Shown here: positions 10,120 through 23,600 of the stretch, in pieces
Position numbering within the stretch: position 1 is the first letter of the stretch
Layout of the letters: every line of letters starts with the position of its first letter
Assembly (NCBI RefSeq): GCF_018350175.1
Contig: NC_058383.1
Span: forward strand, 16,184,001 to 16,248,000
Direction of reading: 5' to 3'
From: Felis catus
Taxonomy: Eukaryota
DNA: 64,000 nt
The notes under the pieces: model-generated
The model's database searches: none
Seen by the model: only the letters and a program-made list of their open reading frames with translations
Told to the model about the DNA's origin: nothing
Position numbers and translations under genes: made by a program

Positions 10120-11600
10120 AACTCTAGTGAGGCAAGGTGGTATATTAGAATCCTGGAGTCCAACAATTTAAGTTTGAATTCTAGTTTTGCAGTATTTACC
10201 AGTAGGTGACCTTGGACAAGTTACTAAGCTTTTTTGACTCTGTTTCCTAATCTATAAAGTAGGGGTAAGTGAGATCTTGGAGAAAATTAAATGCAATTGC
10301 ACGTATAACATGCTTTGTATTGTGCCAGACATGGAGGGTGTTAAGTAATTGCCACTTCTGCATTAATGTAATGTAATTAAACTATATAGTTTTTATAGCA
10401 CCTTCACGTATAGTGTTTCACTTGATCCTAATATGAATCCTTTGAAGTTTAGTAGATCAGTGTCATAAACCAGTTTCACCGATGATTAAATACACAGAGA
10501 TTAAATGACCAACAAGGTCACTCTGTGTTATATGCAGAGAAGTCTGGAAATCTAGATTTCACCCTTGACTGCTTCCTTTGCCAGTCTCCCACATCTACTT
10601 ACTCCCTGAACATTTTCATTTTCTAGATCCCCCTCTCTACACTCTATTCACTCTTCTCTATCCCCATTTACACCACTCAGGTTTAAGCCATGATCATTTC
10701 TTGTACAACTACTGTAGTGCCCTAAGTAATCTTTATTCCCCATGTTGCTAATGGAGCAATCTATCAAAAGTAAATCTACAAACCACAGCTCTGTTTATAA
10801 TCCCTGTTATCCCCAGGACCTTAGACTGAAATCTAAATGCCTTAGTTTGCTTCCAGGATCAACTACGTCTTGTGCCTACCTCTCTCTCTTTCTTTCTGTC
10901 TCTCCCTCCCCTCTTCCCTCTGTCTCCTCTGTCTCTTCTGTCCCCTCTCCCCTCTCTCCTCTCTCTTCTTTTTCACTCACTTCATGCTCTTGTCATTCTG
11001 AACTTTTCAGTGCTTAGAACCTTCTACTTGCCTTCAGCCTGAAACACTCTTCAAGGACCACTAGTCTCATTTTCATCCCCATCCCAGTCCCCATCCAATG
11101 GCTATAGAAATAAAATCCCTAATCCTCAAGAAGCACGTGGCCTAGTTAGGGAGATAGACTGGTGAACAGGTAAATGACCATAAAGTGTAGAATGTTATAG
11201 TTAAGAGATGAATGAAGTGCTGTGAGCACAAAAGTATTAACTTTGAGCACCAAGGATGGTTTCTTGGAGGAGGTGTCTTTAATAGAATTTTGAAAGATAC
11301 ATAGATTATTTCTGAAGAAGAAGATTTAGGAGAGTGATTCCAGGCTGAGCAACAGTGGGAGTGCCTGGCGCACCCAATGGAAGATGGATATGTAATATGG
11401 AGGGAAGAAGGTTGCAAGAGCTAAATCTGGAGAAGTAGCATGTTCTGTTTTGGTTAAGGCATCTGGGTCAGCAGTGGGAACCCAAAGAACTTGTGGTAAA
11501 GATTATTCTAGAGGTGAAATGGAGGATGAACTAAGAGAAGACTAAGGATAGGGTAGTCAGAAAAAGGGTATTGAAAAGCCCATGCAGAAGGTGATGAAGA
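10120..11600. mobile_element. Ancient MIR/L2 remnants
   Basis: GTGACCTTGGACAAGTTACT MIR core near 10207; L2-like purine- and pyrimidine-rich segments. Confidence 0.5.
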
Positions 11601-12285
11601 CATTTAATGACATAAAGAGGTATTCTTGATAAGAGGGAAAAACATGTTTTAAACAGCATGTATTATATGTTCTCATTTTTGTAACCACTCCCCACATGCA
11701 GCTATACAAAAACAAGGATATGCATCAAAATATTAACATTATATTAAAAAATTCAGAATATTTTCATTTTTGCAAACCTTCCCAAATTTATGTATCCACA
11801 AAAGGAGAACTATATACGTGAAAATATAAAATATATAAAGCATTTTTAAATTAAGTCCCTCAAGTGTGTGTGTGTGTTTGTGTGTGTAGAACCAGGAGAA
11901 TATACATCAACATGTTTAACATTTTGTTTCCATGTTTGCCAATCTTATAGGTGAAAAATGGTATCTTAGATTTGTTTATTGAGAGTTGAGCATATATCTT
12001 ATATGTAAGAGCCATTTGTAGTTCTTTGTGAACTGTCTATTCGTCTTTTGACTGTTGTCTTTGGTTACTTGTGGATTTATAGGATCTCTTTATGTTTTCT
12101 GTGTTGCAATTTACTTTTCTCACTACTGTTTGTTCAGTATTTTGTATTTATGTCTTTTTTCCTATTAAAAATTCAAAAAATTCTTTCCATGCAGTCAGAT
12201 ATATCCTTTTTTCCCCCTTTTATGGGCATTTGGATTTTGTGCTATACTGTGTAAAAGAGGCCTTAACACTCTTAAAAAGTATTCT

Positions 12286-12778
12286 TGGGGTTCCTGGGTG
12301 GCTCAGTCAGTTAAGCATCTGACTTTTGGTTTTGGCTCAGGTCATGATCTTGAGCTTTCGTAGGTTCAAGCCTCAAGTCAGGCTCTGTGCTAGCAGCTCA
12401 TAGCCTGCTTGGGATTCTCTCTCTCTTTCTGCCCCTTCCCCACTGATACTATCTCTGCCTCTCAAAATAAATAAACTTTAAAAATTAAAAAAAAAAAACT
12501 ATTCTTAAATTTCCTCCATGCTTTCTTTTTTATTTTTAAGGTTTTATTTTTCATTTTAATGTTTTTTGTTTTTTGTTTTTTTTGAGAGAGAGACAAGAGA
12601 GAGACAGAGTACGAGTGGGGGAGGTGCAGAGAGAGAGGGAGACACAGAATCCGAAGCAAGCTCTAGGCTCTGAGCTCTCAGCATTCAGAGTCTGATGCAG
12701 GGCTTGAATTTGTGAACCTCAAGATCATGACCTGAGCTGAAGTTGGACACTTAACCGACTGAGACACCCAGACGTCCC
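12286..12778. mobile_element. Two Can-SINEs, tail-to-tail (+ 12286-12498; - 12521-12778)
   Basis: Heads at both outer ends, A and T tails facing each other. Confidence 0.85.
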
Positions 12779-12845
12779 GATATTTTATTTTTCATTTTAA
12801 TCCTTGCTTCATTTGGAATTTATTTTGATAAGGAATAAGATAATC

Positions 12846-13590
12846 TGTGGTATTAAAAACGTACATTTGGGCTTTGTCCCTGGTTCCTGGCACAGAACTC
12901 CTAAACCATTTTTGAGTGATACGAGTATCTTTTGTTATCCATAATGATCCCTTTTAGGATAAGCCTGAGTCTGTGCGAATGATGTGAGTAAAGATGGGAA
13001 CCCTAGATAGCCTCAGGATGGGAGCTGGTCACTAGAAAGACCAAACACACTGATTAGAGGGTGGGGACTCTCAGTCCCATGTCCCCATCCTCTGGGGAGT
13101 GGAGGTGGCAGCAGATAGGTTATAAAAATGCTTGAATAGCCAGGGTGGGTGAACACATTGATATTGTGGTAGGGTAGTGTACCTAGAGGGTGTGGAAGCT
13201 CTGTGCTGCTTCCCCGATACCTTGTCTTGTGCATCTCTTCCATTTGCCTCTTCCTGAGTTATAATAAACCATAAACCTAAAGGAAGTGATTTCCTGACTT
13301 CTGAGTCAGTCTCCAAAATGTTCAAACCTGAGGAAGGAATTGTGGAACCCACAAATTTACAGGTAAATCAGATAGAAATGCAGGCAGCTTGGAGACCTAG
13401 GACTTGTAACTGGTACCTGAAGTGGAGGCAGTCTTCTGCGACTGAGCCCTTAACTGCAGGGTCTGTGCTAATTCTGGATAGAGTTAGAATTGAATTAAGT
13501 TACTGGACACCCAGTTGGTGTTGGAGAACCAAGAAAGTTGGTGTCTGAGAACTGAATTGGTTATTGGTGTTTGGAAAAAGATTACACAGA
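12846..13590 (+). mobile_element. MER21-like LTR
   Basis: TGTGGTATT...CCTGGTTCCTGGCACAGAACTCCTAAA start; similar to copies at ~35.0 and ~46.9 kb. Confidence 0.65.
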
Positions 13591-13966
13591 ATCCAATTTA
13601 ATTTTTTTCCGGAATAATTCATTTTCTACTATTAATATGTAGTACAGTCCTCAGACGTATGTGCTACATTCTCAGATGTATCTGGATCTACTTTGGTCTA
13701 TATTCCATAGCTATGTCTTTGTAAGTAGCAACACCATATTGTTTGATTTGTTGTAGTTTTATGTTTCAAAATTCGGTAGGGCTAGATCCTCTTCATCAAT
13801 CTTTTTTTCAGAAGTTTTCTGGCTATATTGCATGTTTGTTTTTCTTTCCAAAGGAAGTACAGAATTATCTAGTTTAAAAAAAAACTATTGTTTTGACCTT
13901 TGCTTTAAAAAATCAACATGTTCAGTACTGCAAAAGAAAAAACAGTAAAAAATAAGCATGCATTAC

Positions 13967-14211
13967 TTTTTATTTTTTTTTTTATTTTTTTTTTTTAATT
14001 TTTTTTTTCAACGTTTATTTATTTTTGGGACAGAGAGAGACAGAGCATGAACGGGGGAGGGGCAGAGAGAGAGGGAGACACAGAATCGGAAACAGGCTCC
14101 AGGCTCTGAGCCATCAGCCCAGAGCCCGACGCGGGGCTCAAACCCACGGACCGCGAGATCGTGACCTGGCTGAAGTCGGACGCCTAACCGACTGCGCCAC
14201 CCAGGCGCCCC
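13967..14211 (-). mobile_element. Young felid Can-SINE
   Basis: Near-identical to the 321-549 copy; TSD GCATGCATTACTTTT / GCATGTATTACTTTT. Confidence 0.92.
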
Positions 14212-14799
14212 GCATGTATTACTTTTTAAATAAGACGTATTTTATAAGTGGGATAGTCAAATTAAAGCAGTGGACATACAGATCGCAAAAGGCCGGTGGC
14301 TACAGGCATTTTTGACATAAAATTGAAAGAATTTTGAAACATGTGACTTCTAATTTAGGAGTCTGAAGAGGTCAAAGAATTCCCAGAAGTGGGACAGGTT
14401 TAGGATGAGTATGTGGAATAATAGTATATTGATTTGGGGTAATATTTTTTCTGTTATTGGCCATTCATTCTTTGAGTGTGTACTTTGTGGCAGAGTACTA
14501 TGCTTGGGTTAAACATATGCACATGATAAGAGAAGACTCTTTCCTTTAGAGCCTTCCTAGTCTATTAGAGAGACAAACATACAACAGTATACACAATATA
14601 CATGATATACTGAACAGCTATAATGGTATATTCTCAGTGTCATGCTACTAGGGAAGACTTCCAAAAGCAAATCTTTTAAAAAATATTTAAAAATATATTT
14701 ACTTTTTCTTATTACAAAGATAATACATAACAATTACAGAAAAAGTAGCAAAAACCATTTTAAATAAATTCATAAACTTACTGCTCAGAGATAACCATT

Positions 14800-15281
14800 T
14801 GTGATGATAAATTTTATGTGTCACCTTGGCTGGGCCACGTTAGTATCCAGATACTTGGTCAAATGTTATTCTGAAAATTTCTGTGATAGTGTTTTTTGGG
14901 TGAGGTTAACAATTTAAATTGGTGGACTTTGAGTAAAGCAGATGATTTTACATAATAGGGGTGTGCCTCATTCAATCAGTTGAAGGCCTTAATAAACTAA
15001 AGACTGACCTCCCTATAGCAGGAAGAAATTCTGCCAGTAGATTGCCTTTGGATGCAAACTGCAACTCTTCCTTGGGTCTCCAGTCTGCCAGTCTTTGCTG
15101 CATGTTTTGGACTTATCAAGCCTCCACAATCATGAGAGCTACTTCCTTAAAGTAAATTTCTATCTCTCTCAACAGTACATAGTGCCCTCACTTTAACAGT
15201 AGACACCCTGGGAGGCTATATCTATATATACATCGAGATACACACCTTGTTCGTTCTGTTTGGAGAATCCTGATTAATACA
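14800..15281 (+). mobile_element. MLT2-like (ERVL) 5' LTR
   Basis: TGTGATGATAAATTTTATGTGTCACCTTGGCTGGGCCAC...CCTGATTAATACA. Confidence 0.8.
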
Positions 15282-17400
15282 GATTTTGATACTGAGAGTG
15301 GTTCTAAAGGAGCAGAATCTTAAGGATGAATTCTCTAAATTGGTTCCGGGTTTTCTAGAATTGGCGGCTCTCTGATATGATTAGATTTAAAGACACTAAT
15401 GATTCTGTTTCCAGTAGTAAAGAGAGTAAAAGTAATGATATAGTCTGTGACATGATACGAAAATAGAAATATGCAAAATTACCACTGGGTATCCTTAAAC
15501 ACTTATAAGAGTCAAGGAACTGGATTACCATGTATGTGACACCTTCAAACATTTTTGTCAAACTAATGAGTATAATGAGATTGGTTGTTGCTCCTAATGT
15601 CACTGAATAAAGTGGGGGGAAAAAAGAATGAGTTCAGGGATTCAAATTCCCAGCTCAAGCACTGTATAAACGATTGAAATCTTCTGTGTCTGTCCTGAAA
15701 AGATACTTAACTCTGGTAGCTGCAGAGCTGAGATTGCTGAAAACCAAACCCAAAATCTCATCATGTGAGTAGCTGAATTACAATGCAAATTGAAAAGAGG
15801 GCATTGATGAGGAAGGAATGGGATCCTGATATTTGGAATGGGATGTATGAGAATACTCTGATGAAGATGGGGACATTGAGCCTGTAAATCCTGTTGCACT
15901 TTCTTTGCCAGTAGAAGCAGCTTGTCCACCCCTGTCTGAGGAGATACACCCTGCATTGCACTAGGAAACTGTAATAGTTTCCCCCAAGGCAGTTGTCTTG
16001 AAAGACACTGCTGATTGTCTTCAGGACCCACTCCTACCACCCCTCTTTGCTTCTAGAACTATAACTAGGTTAATATCTCAGGAGGCCCTGAAAGCACAAA
16101 TAAGTTACATGAAGAAGCAGCCCAAATATGCATGGTCCCAACTCCTGCTATTCTACCTTCTCTCTCTCAGCCTGCACCTGTGGCCTCAGAGGAAGTTCCT
16201 TGTGATCAGTTGACAGAGGAAGAGAGAAAACTTGGGCCTGGTTTACAAATGGTTCTGCAGGATATGCAGGCACTACCCAAAAGTGGGCAGCTGTGTATTA
16301 CATCCCCTTTCTGGGACATTCCCCAAGGGCGGTGATAAAGGGAGATCCTCTCCATGGGCAGAACTTCACATCTGGTTGTTCATTTTGCTTGGAAGGAGAA
16401 ATAGGCATGATGAATGATTATATACCAACTCATGGGCTGTGGCTGATAGTTTGGCTGGACAGTCAGGGACTTGGAAGGAACATGATTAGAAAATTGGTGA
16501 CAAGGAAGTCTGGGAAAGAGATACATAGCTTGACCTCTCTGGGTGAAAAATGTGAAGATATTTGTGTCCCTTATAAATACTCACCGAAATACTCTCTTCA
16601 GCAGAAGAGAATTTTAATAAGTGGTTAGCAAATTGGCCTCTTTCTTTAGCCACCCCTGTTATTGCCCAGTGAGTTTATTTTATTTTTTAATATTATTTAT
16701 TATTTTTGAGAGAGAAAGCACAAGGAGGAGTGGAGCAGAGAGAGAGGAAGACAGAGGATCTGAAGCAGGCTCTGCAGTGACAGCTGAGAGCCTGATGTGG
16801 GGCTTGAACCCATGAACCATGAGATAATGACCTGAGCCAAAGTCAGTGCTTAACCAACTGAGTCACCAAAGTGCACCCCAATGAGTTTATTTTCAAAGTG
16901 GCCATGGTATTAGGGATGGAGGTTATGATGGGATCAACAGTGTGGACTTATATTCACCAAGGCTGACCTGGCTACAGCCACTGTCAAGTGCCCAGTCTGC
17001 CAGCAGCAGAGACCAACACTGAGTCTCTGATATGACACTATTCCTCAGGGTGATGAGCTAGCTACCTATGGCAAGTTGATTACATAGGACCACTTCTGTC
17101 ATGGAAGGAGCAACATTTTGTTTTTATTGAATTGACACTTACTCTGGACATGGAATTGCCTTCCCTGCACACAATGCTTCTGCCAAAACTACCATCCATG
17201 GACTTACAGAATGCCTTATCCACCATCATGGTATCCCACACAGCATTGCTTCTGGTGAAGGAACTCACTTTACAGCAGATGAAGTGTGGTAGTGGCCCCA
17301 TGCTCATGAAATTCACTGGTCTTACAATGTTCCCCACCATCCTGAGTAGCTAGCTTGGTAGAATGGCAGAATGGTCTTTCAGACTCAGTACAGTGCCATC
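15282..17400 (+). mobile_element. Decayed ERVL internal region (gag/pol fragments), interrupted by a SINE at 16674-16878
   Basis: Directly follows the LTR with GATTTTGATACTGAGAGTGGTTCTA; integrase-like CPVCQQQRPTLS near 16989; many stops and deletions. Confidence 0.78.
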
Positions 17401-17789
17401 TAGCTGTCAGCTCAGAGCCGGACGTGGGGCTCGAACTCACAGGCCGCGATATCATGACCCGAGCCGAAGTCAGCAGCCCAACCGACTGAGCCATCCAGGT
17501 GTCCCTCTGCTCATTTTTTAATCAGATTTTTTTGATATAAGGTTTTGTAAGTTCTTTATATATTTTGGATATTAACCTCTTATGGGATGTATGATTTACA
17601 GTATCTTCTCCCATTCAGTGGGTTCCCTTTTCATTTAAATGAAATTTATTTTTAAATCCAGTAGCTTTTATTTATATATCTTTAAATATTTATTTTATTA
17701 TGTTTTGGTTATCTTTGGGAAGTTCAGCTGTCCATGTGTTGGGTCTCCCTTGCCTATCTTCTATAGCAATCATTTTCTCTTTAACTCTT

Positions 17790-17852
17790 TCATTATTATT
17801 TTTTCATTTACTTTTTTTTAGAGAGAGTGTGAGCAGGGGAGAGGGGCAGAGG

Positions 17853-17920
<68 letters not shown>

Positions 17921-18045
17921 AAGAAGCGGGGCTCACTCAAAGCAGGGCTTGAGCTGACCAGATGTGGGACTCGAACTCAACAACCATGAGATCGTGACCT
18001 GAGCTGAAGTCAGATGCTTAACCGACTGAGCCACCAAGGCACCCC
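17790..18045 (-). mobile_element. Can-SINE with expanded (GA)n
   Basis: (GA)n 17853-17920; head ACCGACTGAGCCACCAAGGCACCCC. Confidence 0.82.
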
Positions 18046-18194
18046 TCGTTGTGTTTTTAATATCAAGACAGAATGTATAGTCATTCTTGATTTTCATCTT
18101 TTCTGTGACTAACAGTTTTCTGGTGTGTGTATTTATGGGTAAGATTTGCTGCTCTTTTCTACCATTTTAACAGTAATTTCATATGGAAGGTTGT

Positions 18195-18583
18195 AATAGT
18201 TTGTATAGGAGAATACCACAGACTGGATGGCTTAAACAATAGAAATTTATTTTCTCACTGTTCTGCAAGCTGGGAGTCCAAGACAAAGGTTTCAGCAGGT
18301 TTGGTTTCTTAGGCCTCTTTTTGGCTTGCAGATGGCTGCTTTCTTGCAGTGTCCTCACATAGTCTTTGTTCTGTGTGCACTCACATTTCTGGTGTCTCTC
18401 CATGCATCCGATTTTCCTTTTTGTATCAGGAGCCCAGTTGGATTGGATTAGAGTGCCATCTGAAGACCTCATTTTAACTTAACCACCTCTTGGAAAGCCT
18501 TAACTCTGTTGTCACATTCTGAGGTACTAGAGGTTAGAACTTAAACATATGAATTTGGGGGGTACACAGTTTCAACTCATAAC
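18195..18583 (-). mobile_element. MLT1 (MaLR) LTR
   Basis: Minus strand starts TGTTATGAGTTGAAACTGTGTACCCCCAAATTCATATG; plus strand has ATACCACAGACTGGATGGCTTAAACAA. Confidence 0.8.
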
Positions 18584-18970
18584 AAAGGTATTTGTCACTT
18601 TGTTCTTCTTTCTTTTACTTTTTAATCCATTTTTAAATGAGTTGTATTTTCTAGGACCCACCATTTTCAAGGATCTCCTGTGAAGGAAGGGCAAGAGGGG
18701 CCACGGTAGTTTTCCAGGCTGCACAATGCCAAAGTTTTCAGCTGCCACAGTTAGACTGCCTCATTCAATGTGGCACTTCTTTGTGCTTTTTGAGTAGCCC
18801 CTCTTCCTTTGCTTCTCTCTTCTAAACTGACCCTGTAGGCCTTCTGCTGTCAGACTTGTGTTCCCTGGCATCATCACTAGTCATCGCACACAAGGAACAT
18901 AGTGCCTGCATTTCAGGTGAGCTCTTTATCTACTTTCTGAGATTAACACATCCGAGTTTCCAAGCCATTC

Positions 18971-19170
18971 TTTTTTTTTTTTTTTTTTTAATTTTTATTC
19001 ATTTTTGAGGGGAGGGGCAGAGAGAGAGGGGGACGGGATCTGAAGCAGGCTCTGCGCTGAAAGCAAGTGAGCCGGATGCGGGGCTTGAACTCACAAACCA
19101 CAAGATCATGACCTGAACGAACCAAAGCTGAAGTCAGATGCTCAACTGACTGAGCCACCCAGGTGCCCCC
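18971..19170 (-). mobile_element. Can-SINE
   Basis: Poly-T tail, body and head present. Confidence 0.85.
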
Positions 19171-20699
19171 CACAAAGACATTGTTTTGAACACTGTACCT
19201 TCTCTGTCTACTGTGTTCCTTATAGCTTTAATGCAACCTCACTTCTCTCTATGTATGCTCTGCTTGTTTTGAACAATAAGTTTTTTGATTTTCACAAAAA
19301 CTTCTCATCCTTAGGGAGTGAGTCTACTTTCTGGTGTTTTGTGGGACCTGCTGCTGCTGGTTACCTTACACACTCCCAAGTGCCACTTCCCACTCAGTGC
19401 AGCCACTGCTGAATCTCAGGGGCTGTTGGTAACCCTTACTCAGGCTTTCGAGTCTCTAGTTGCTTTTCGTCTCCTCATATTGCAGAATACTGGATTTTCA
19501 GGTCCTCCTCACCCCCATTATCTTTTTGTTGCTTTGTTTAATTTCTAGGAGGAGGAGGGGGAAGATTCAGTGTTAAATTGCTGCACTTATTATATCGTAA
19601 TCATATTGCTTTATAATGTAAATTTTCCCATTTTTCTCCATTTATATTTTCCCTAATGACAAACATAATATATAATGCATTACCATGTAGGAAATTCAAT
19701 TCAAGTGATACAAAAGAGCACAAGGAAGACTGAAAATCATTGAGAGGCAGACATTCAGCATTTTGGTAAACATTTCAAAATGTCACATACAGATTTATAT
19801 GAATAAGTTTATACCGTATATATTGTTTTGTATTCTGCATTTTTATTCAATAATATATCCACAAGTTCTTTGTCAATAAATTTAGGTACAGACCATCCTT
19901 TTTAATGGTTCTGCTGTATTCTGTTGTACAACATATGTATATACAATAATTTAACTTATCTAATGAACATCCTAGAAGAGAAATATTTATGCATTGATTG
20001 AGTTTTTTGGGATAGGTAACTAGAAGTTGAAAAATTGCATGGATTTATATTCATACTACCAATAAGTGCCCATTTTCCCACATCCTTATCAACGTTTATC
20101 ATCTTTGCACATCTGTGAAAAAAATTTGTAACTCGTTACTTTTCTTTGAATTTCTTTACTAGTTTAATTCAAATCTCTTTATTGGCCTTTAGTGAGTCAC
20201 ATACTCATGTCCTTTGCCCATTTTTCTACTGGAATGAGTTTTTTTCTTACTTACTTGTAGGCCTTCTTTGTAGTAATCTCTGCTGATCCTTGTCCTTTGT
20301 CACATCTATTCCTTGCTATTCTTCTGCTCTGCACTGACTCTTAAGAAAAATACATTTTCCTCCAGGTTCCTGTGTCAGCTGGCTTTTGGCTAGATTTGGT
20401 CAAGAGAAAGCCCTGAAGAGAGGAAATGAGAAACCTGGATATTTCTCCCCCATACCTCAGGTGCAATGTGTGTATTTCCTCTGTGGCTCCTGCTCCAATT
20501 GGAAAGGCCACTGTGGTTCCAGCTCCTACCAGATGATCCTGTGCCTGGTAATACCACCTCCCCAGAGTTGGCAGTAGCTTCTTGGAATTGTTACTCTCTG
20601 AGCCTGTTAGACACCTCAGTTTTTCCATTAAATGTCTGTTTCGCGCTATTAACTTCCCTTTATTGTATATACTCAGAATGGTTTTAACTTTACCATAGC

Positions 20700-23600
20700 T
20701 TACTTTTTTAATAAAGACTTTATATTTTTAGCAGTTTTAGGTTCACAGCAAAATTGAGAGGAAGGTGTAGTTTCCATAAAGCCTTTGCCCCCATCCATGC
20801 ATAGCCTCCCCCATTATCCGTGTTGCTCACCAGAATGGTACGTTGTTGCAATTGATGAGCCTACACATCCTAAACACTCAAGTCCATAGTTTGCATTAGA
20901 GTTCACTCTTGGTGTTGTACGTTCTTTGGGTTTGCACAAACATGTAATGACGTATTGATTTTTCTAGTATCATACAGAGTATTTTCACATCCCTAAAAAT
21001 CCTCTGTGCTCTGCCTATTCAGTTTATCCTCCTGCCCCATACCACCCCCTGCAAACCTTGGCAACCACTGATCTTTTCACTGTCTCCATTGTTTTGCCTT
21101 TTCCAGAAGGTCACATGGTTGGAATCATATAATACATAACCATTCAATATTGGCTTCTTTCACTTATTAATATGCACTTAAGCTTCCCCCATGTCTTTTT
21201 AGCCTTGATAGCTATTTCTTTTATTTTTTTTATGTGTATTTATTTTTGAGAGAGAGAGACAGTGTGAGCAGGTAAGACGCAGAGAGAGAGGGAGACACAG
21301 AATCGAAGCAGGCTCCAGGCCCTGAGCTGTCAGCACAGAGCCCGATGCAGGGCTCGAACCCATGAACCGTGAGATCATGACCTGAGCCGAAGTCGGACAC
21401 TTAACCGACTGAGCCACCCAGGCGCCCCAATAGCATGTGCCACACACCATTTATTTATCCATTTACTTATTTATATTTCTTTTATTTCGTATTTTTAGTG
21501 TTTATTTTTGAGAGAGAGAGAGAGGTTGGGTGAGAGAGAGAGAGAGTGAGGGAGAGAGAGAGAATGCACACAGGGGAAGAGCAGAGAGAATGGGAGAGAG
21601 AGAATCCTAAGCAGGCTCCACACTGTCAGTGCAGAGCCCAATGTAGGGCTCGAACTCGTGAACTATGAGATTATGACCTGAGCCAAAATCAAGATTCGGA
21701 CACTCAACCAACTGAGCCACCCAGGTGCCCCTATATATATATATATATATTTTAAAGTAGGCTCTAAACACAGTGTGGGGCTTGAACTCACACGACCCTG
21801 AGATCAGGAGTGGCATGCTCTACTGACTAAGCCAGCCAGGTACAACCCTATCCATTCACCTATTGAAGGACATCTTGATTGCTTCCAAGTTTTGGCAATT
21901 ATGAATAAAGCTGCTATAAACATCCATGTGCAAATTTTTGTGTGTACATACGTTTTTAACTCATTTGGAAGTGTAATTGCTGGATTGTATGATAAGAGCA
22001 TGTTTAGTTTTGTGAGAAACTGCCAAACTGCTTTCCAAAATAGCTATACCATTTTGCATTTCTCCTAGCAATGAATGAAACTTCCTGTTATTCCATGCCC
22101 TTGCCACATTCAGTGTTGTGTTACAGATTTTCTGATAGGTCTTTAGTGGTATTTTGTAACAACAAATACATTTGCATTTTCCTGATGATACATGATGTAG
22201 AGCATCTTTTCATATGCTTTTTTGCCATCTGTATATCTTTGGTGAGGTATCTGTTAAGATCTTTGGCCCATTTTTTTAAATTGGATTCTTATTGTTGACT
22301 CTTAAGAATTCTTTGTATATTTTGGATAACAGCCCTTTATCTGATATATCTTTTGCAAATATCTTCTCCTACTCTGTGGCTTGTCTTCTCATTCTCTTCA
22401 CATTGTCTTTCACAGAGTAGAAGTTTTTAATTTTAATGAAGTCCAGCTCATCAAGAATTTCTTTTATGGATCATGTCTTTGGTGTTGTATTTAAGAAGTC
22501 ATTGCTGTACTTAAGGTCACCTAGGTTTTCTCTTACATTATCTTCTAGGAGTGTTATAGTTTTGCATTTTACATTTAGGTCTATAATCCATTTTGAGCTA
22601 ATTTTTGTGAAGGGTGTAAGGTCTGTATCTAGATTCATTTTTTTTTGCACGTGGATGTCCAGTTGTTCCAGCATTATTTGTCAAAAAGACTGTTGAACAG
22701 ACTGTTCCATTGTATTCCTTCAGCTCCTTTGGTGAGGATCAGTTGAGTATATTAATGTGGGTCTGTTTCTGGGCTCTCTGTTCTTCCCTGATCTATTTGC
22801 TTTTTCTTTCCCCAATGCCCCACTGTCTTGGTTATTGCAGCTTTCTAGTAAGTCTTTAAAAATTTTTTTTTAAATATTTTTTCATTTTTTGAGAGACAGA
22901 GAGACAGAGCATGAGTGGGAGAGGGGCAGAGACAGAGGGAGACACAGAGTCTGAAGCAGGCTCCAGGCTCCGAACTGACAGCACAGAGCCCAACGTGGGG
23001 CTCAAACCCACAGACCGCGATATCATAACCTGAGCTGAAGTCGGATGCTCAACCAATTGAGCCACCCAGGTGCCCTTCAGCTTTCTAGTAAGTCTTAAAG
23101 TAGTCTTACTGCTTTGTTCTTTTCCTTCAATATTGTGTTGGCTATTCTGGTCTTTTTCTTCTTCGTATAAACTTTAGAATCATTTGGTCTGTACCCACAA
23201 AATAACATGGTGGGATTTTGACTGAATCTGTAGATAAATTGAGAAGGGCTGACATGTTGACAATAGTGAGACTTCATATATGTGAACATGGAATATTTAT
23301 CTATTTATTTAGTACTTCTTTATCAGAGTTTTGTAGTTCTTCTCATATAGGTCTTGTACATATTTTGTTAGATTAATACCTAAACATTTCATTTTGGGGG
23401 AGTGCTAATGTAAATGGTATTTTTTAAAATTTCAAATTCTAGGGGCCTCTGGGTGGCTCTGTAGGTTTAGTGTCCAACTCTTGATTTCAGCTCAGGTCAT
23501 GATCTCAGGGTCATGCAATCAATGACCACATTGGGCTCCACAGCATGGAGACTGCTTAGGATTCTATCTCTTTGTCTCTCTCTCAAAAAATAAAAATAAA

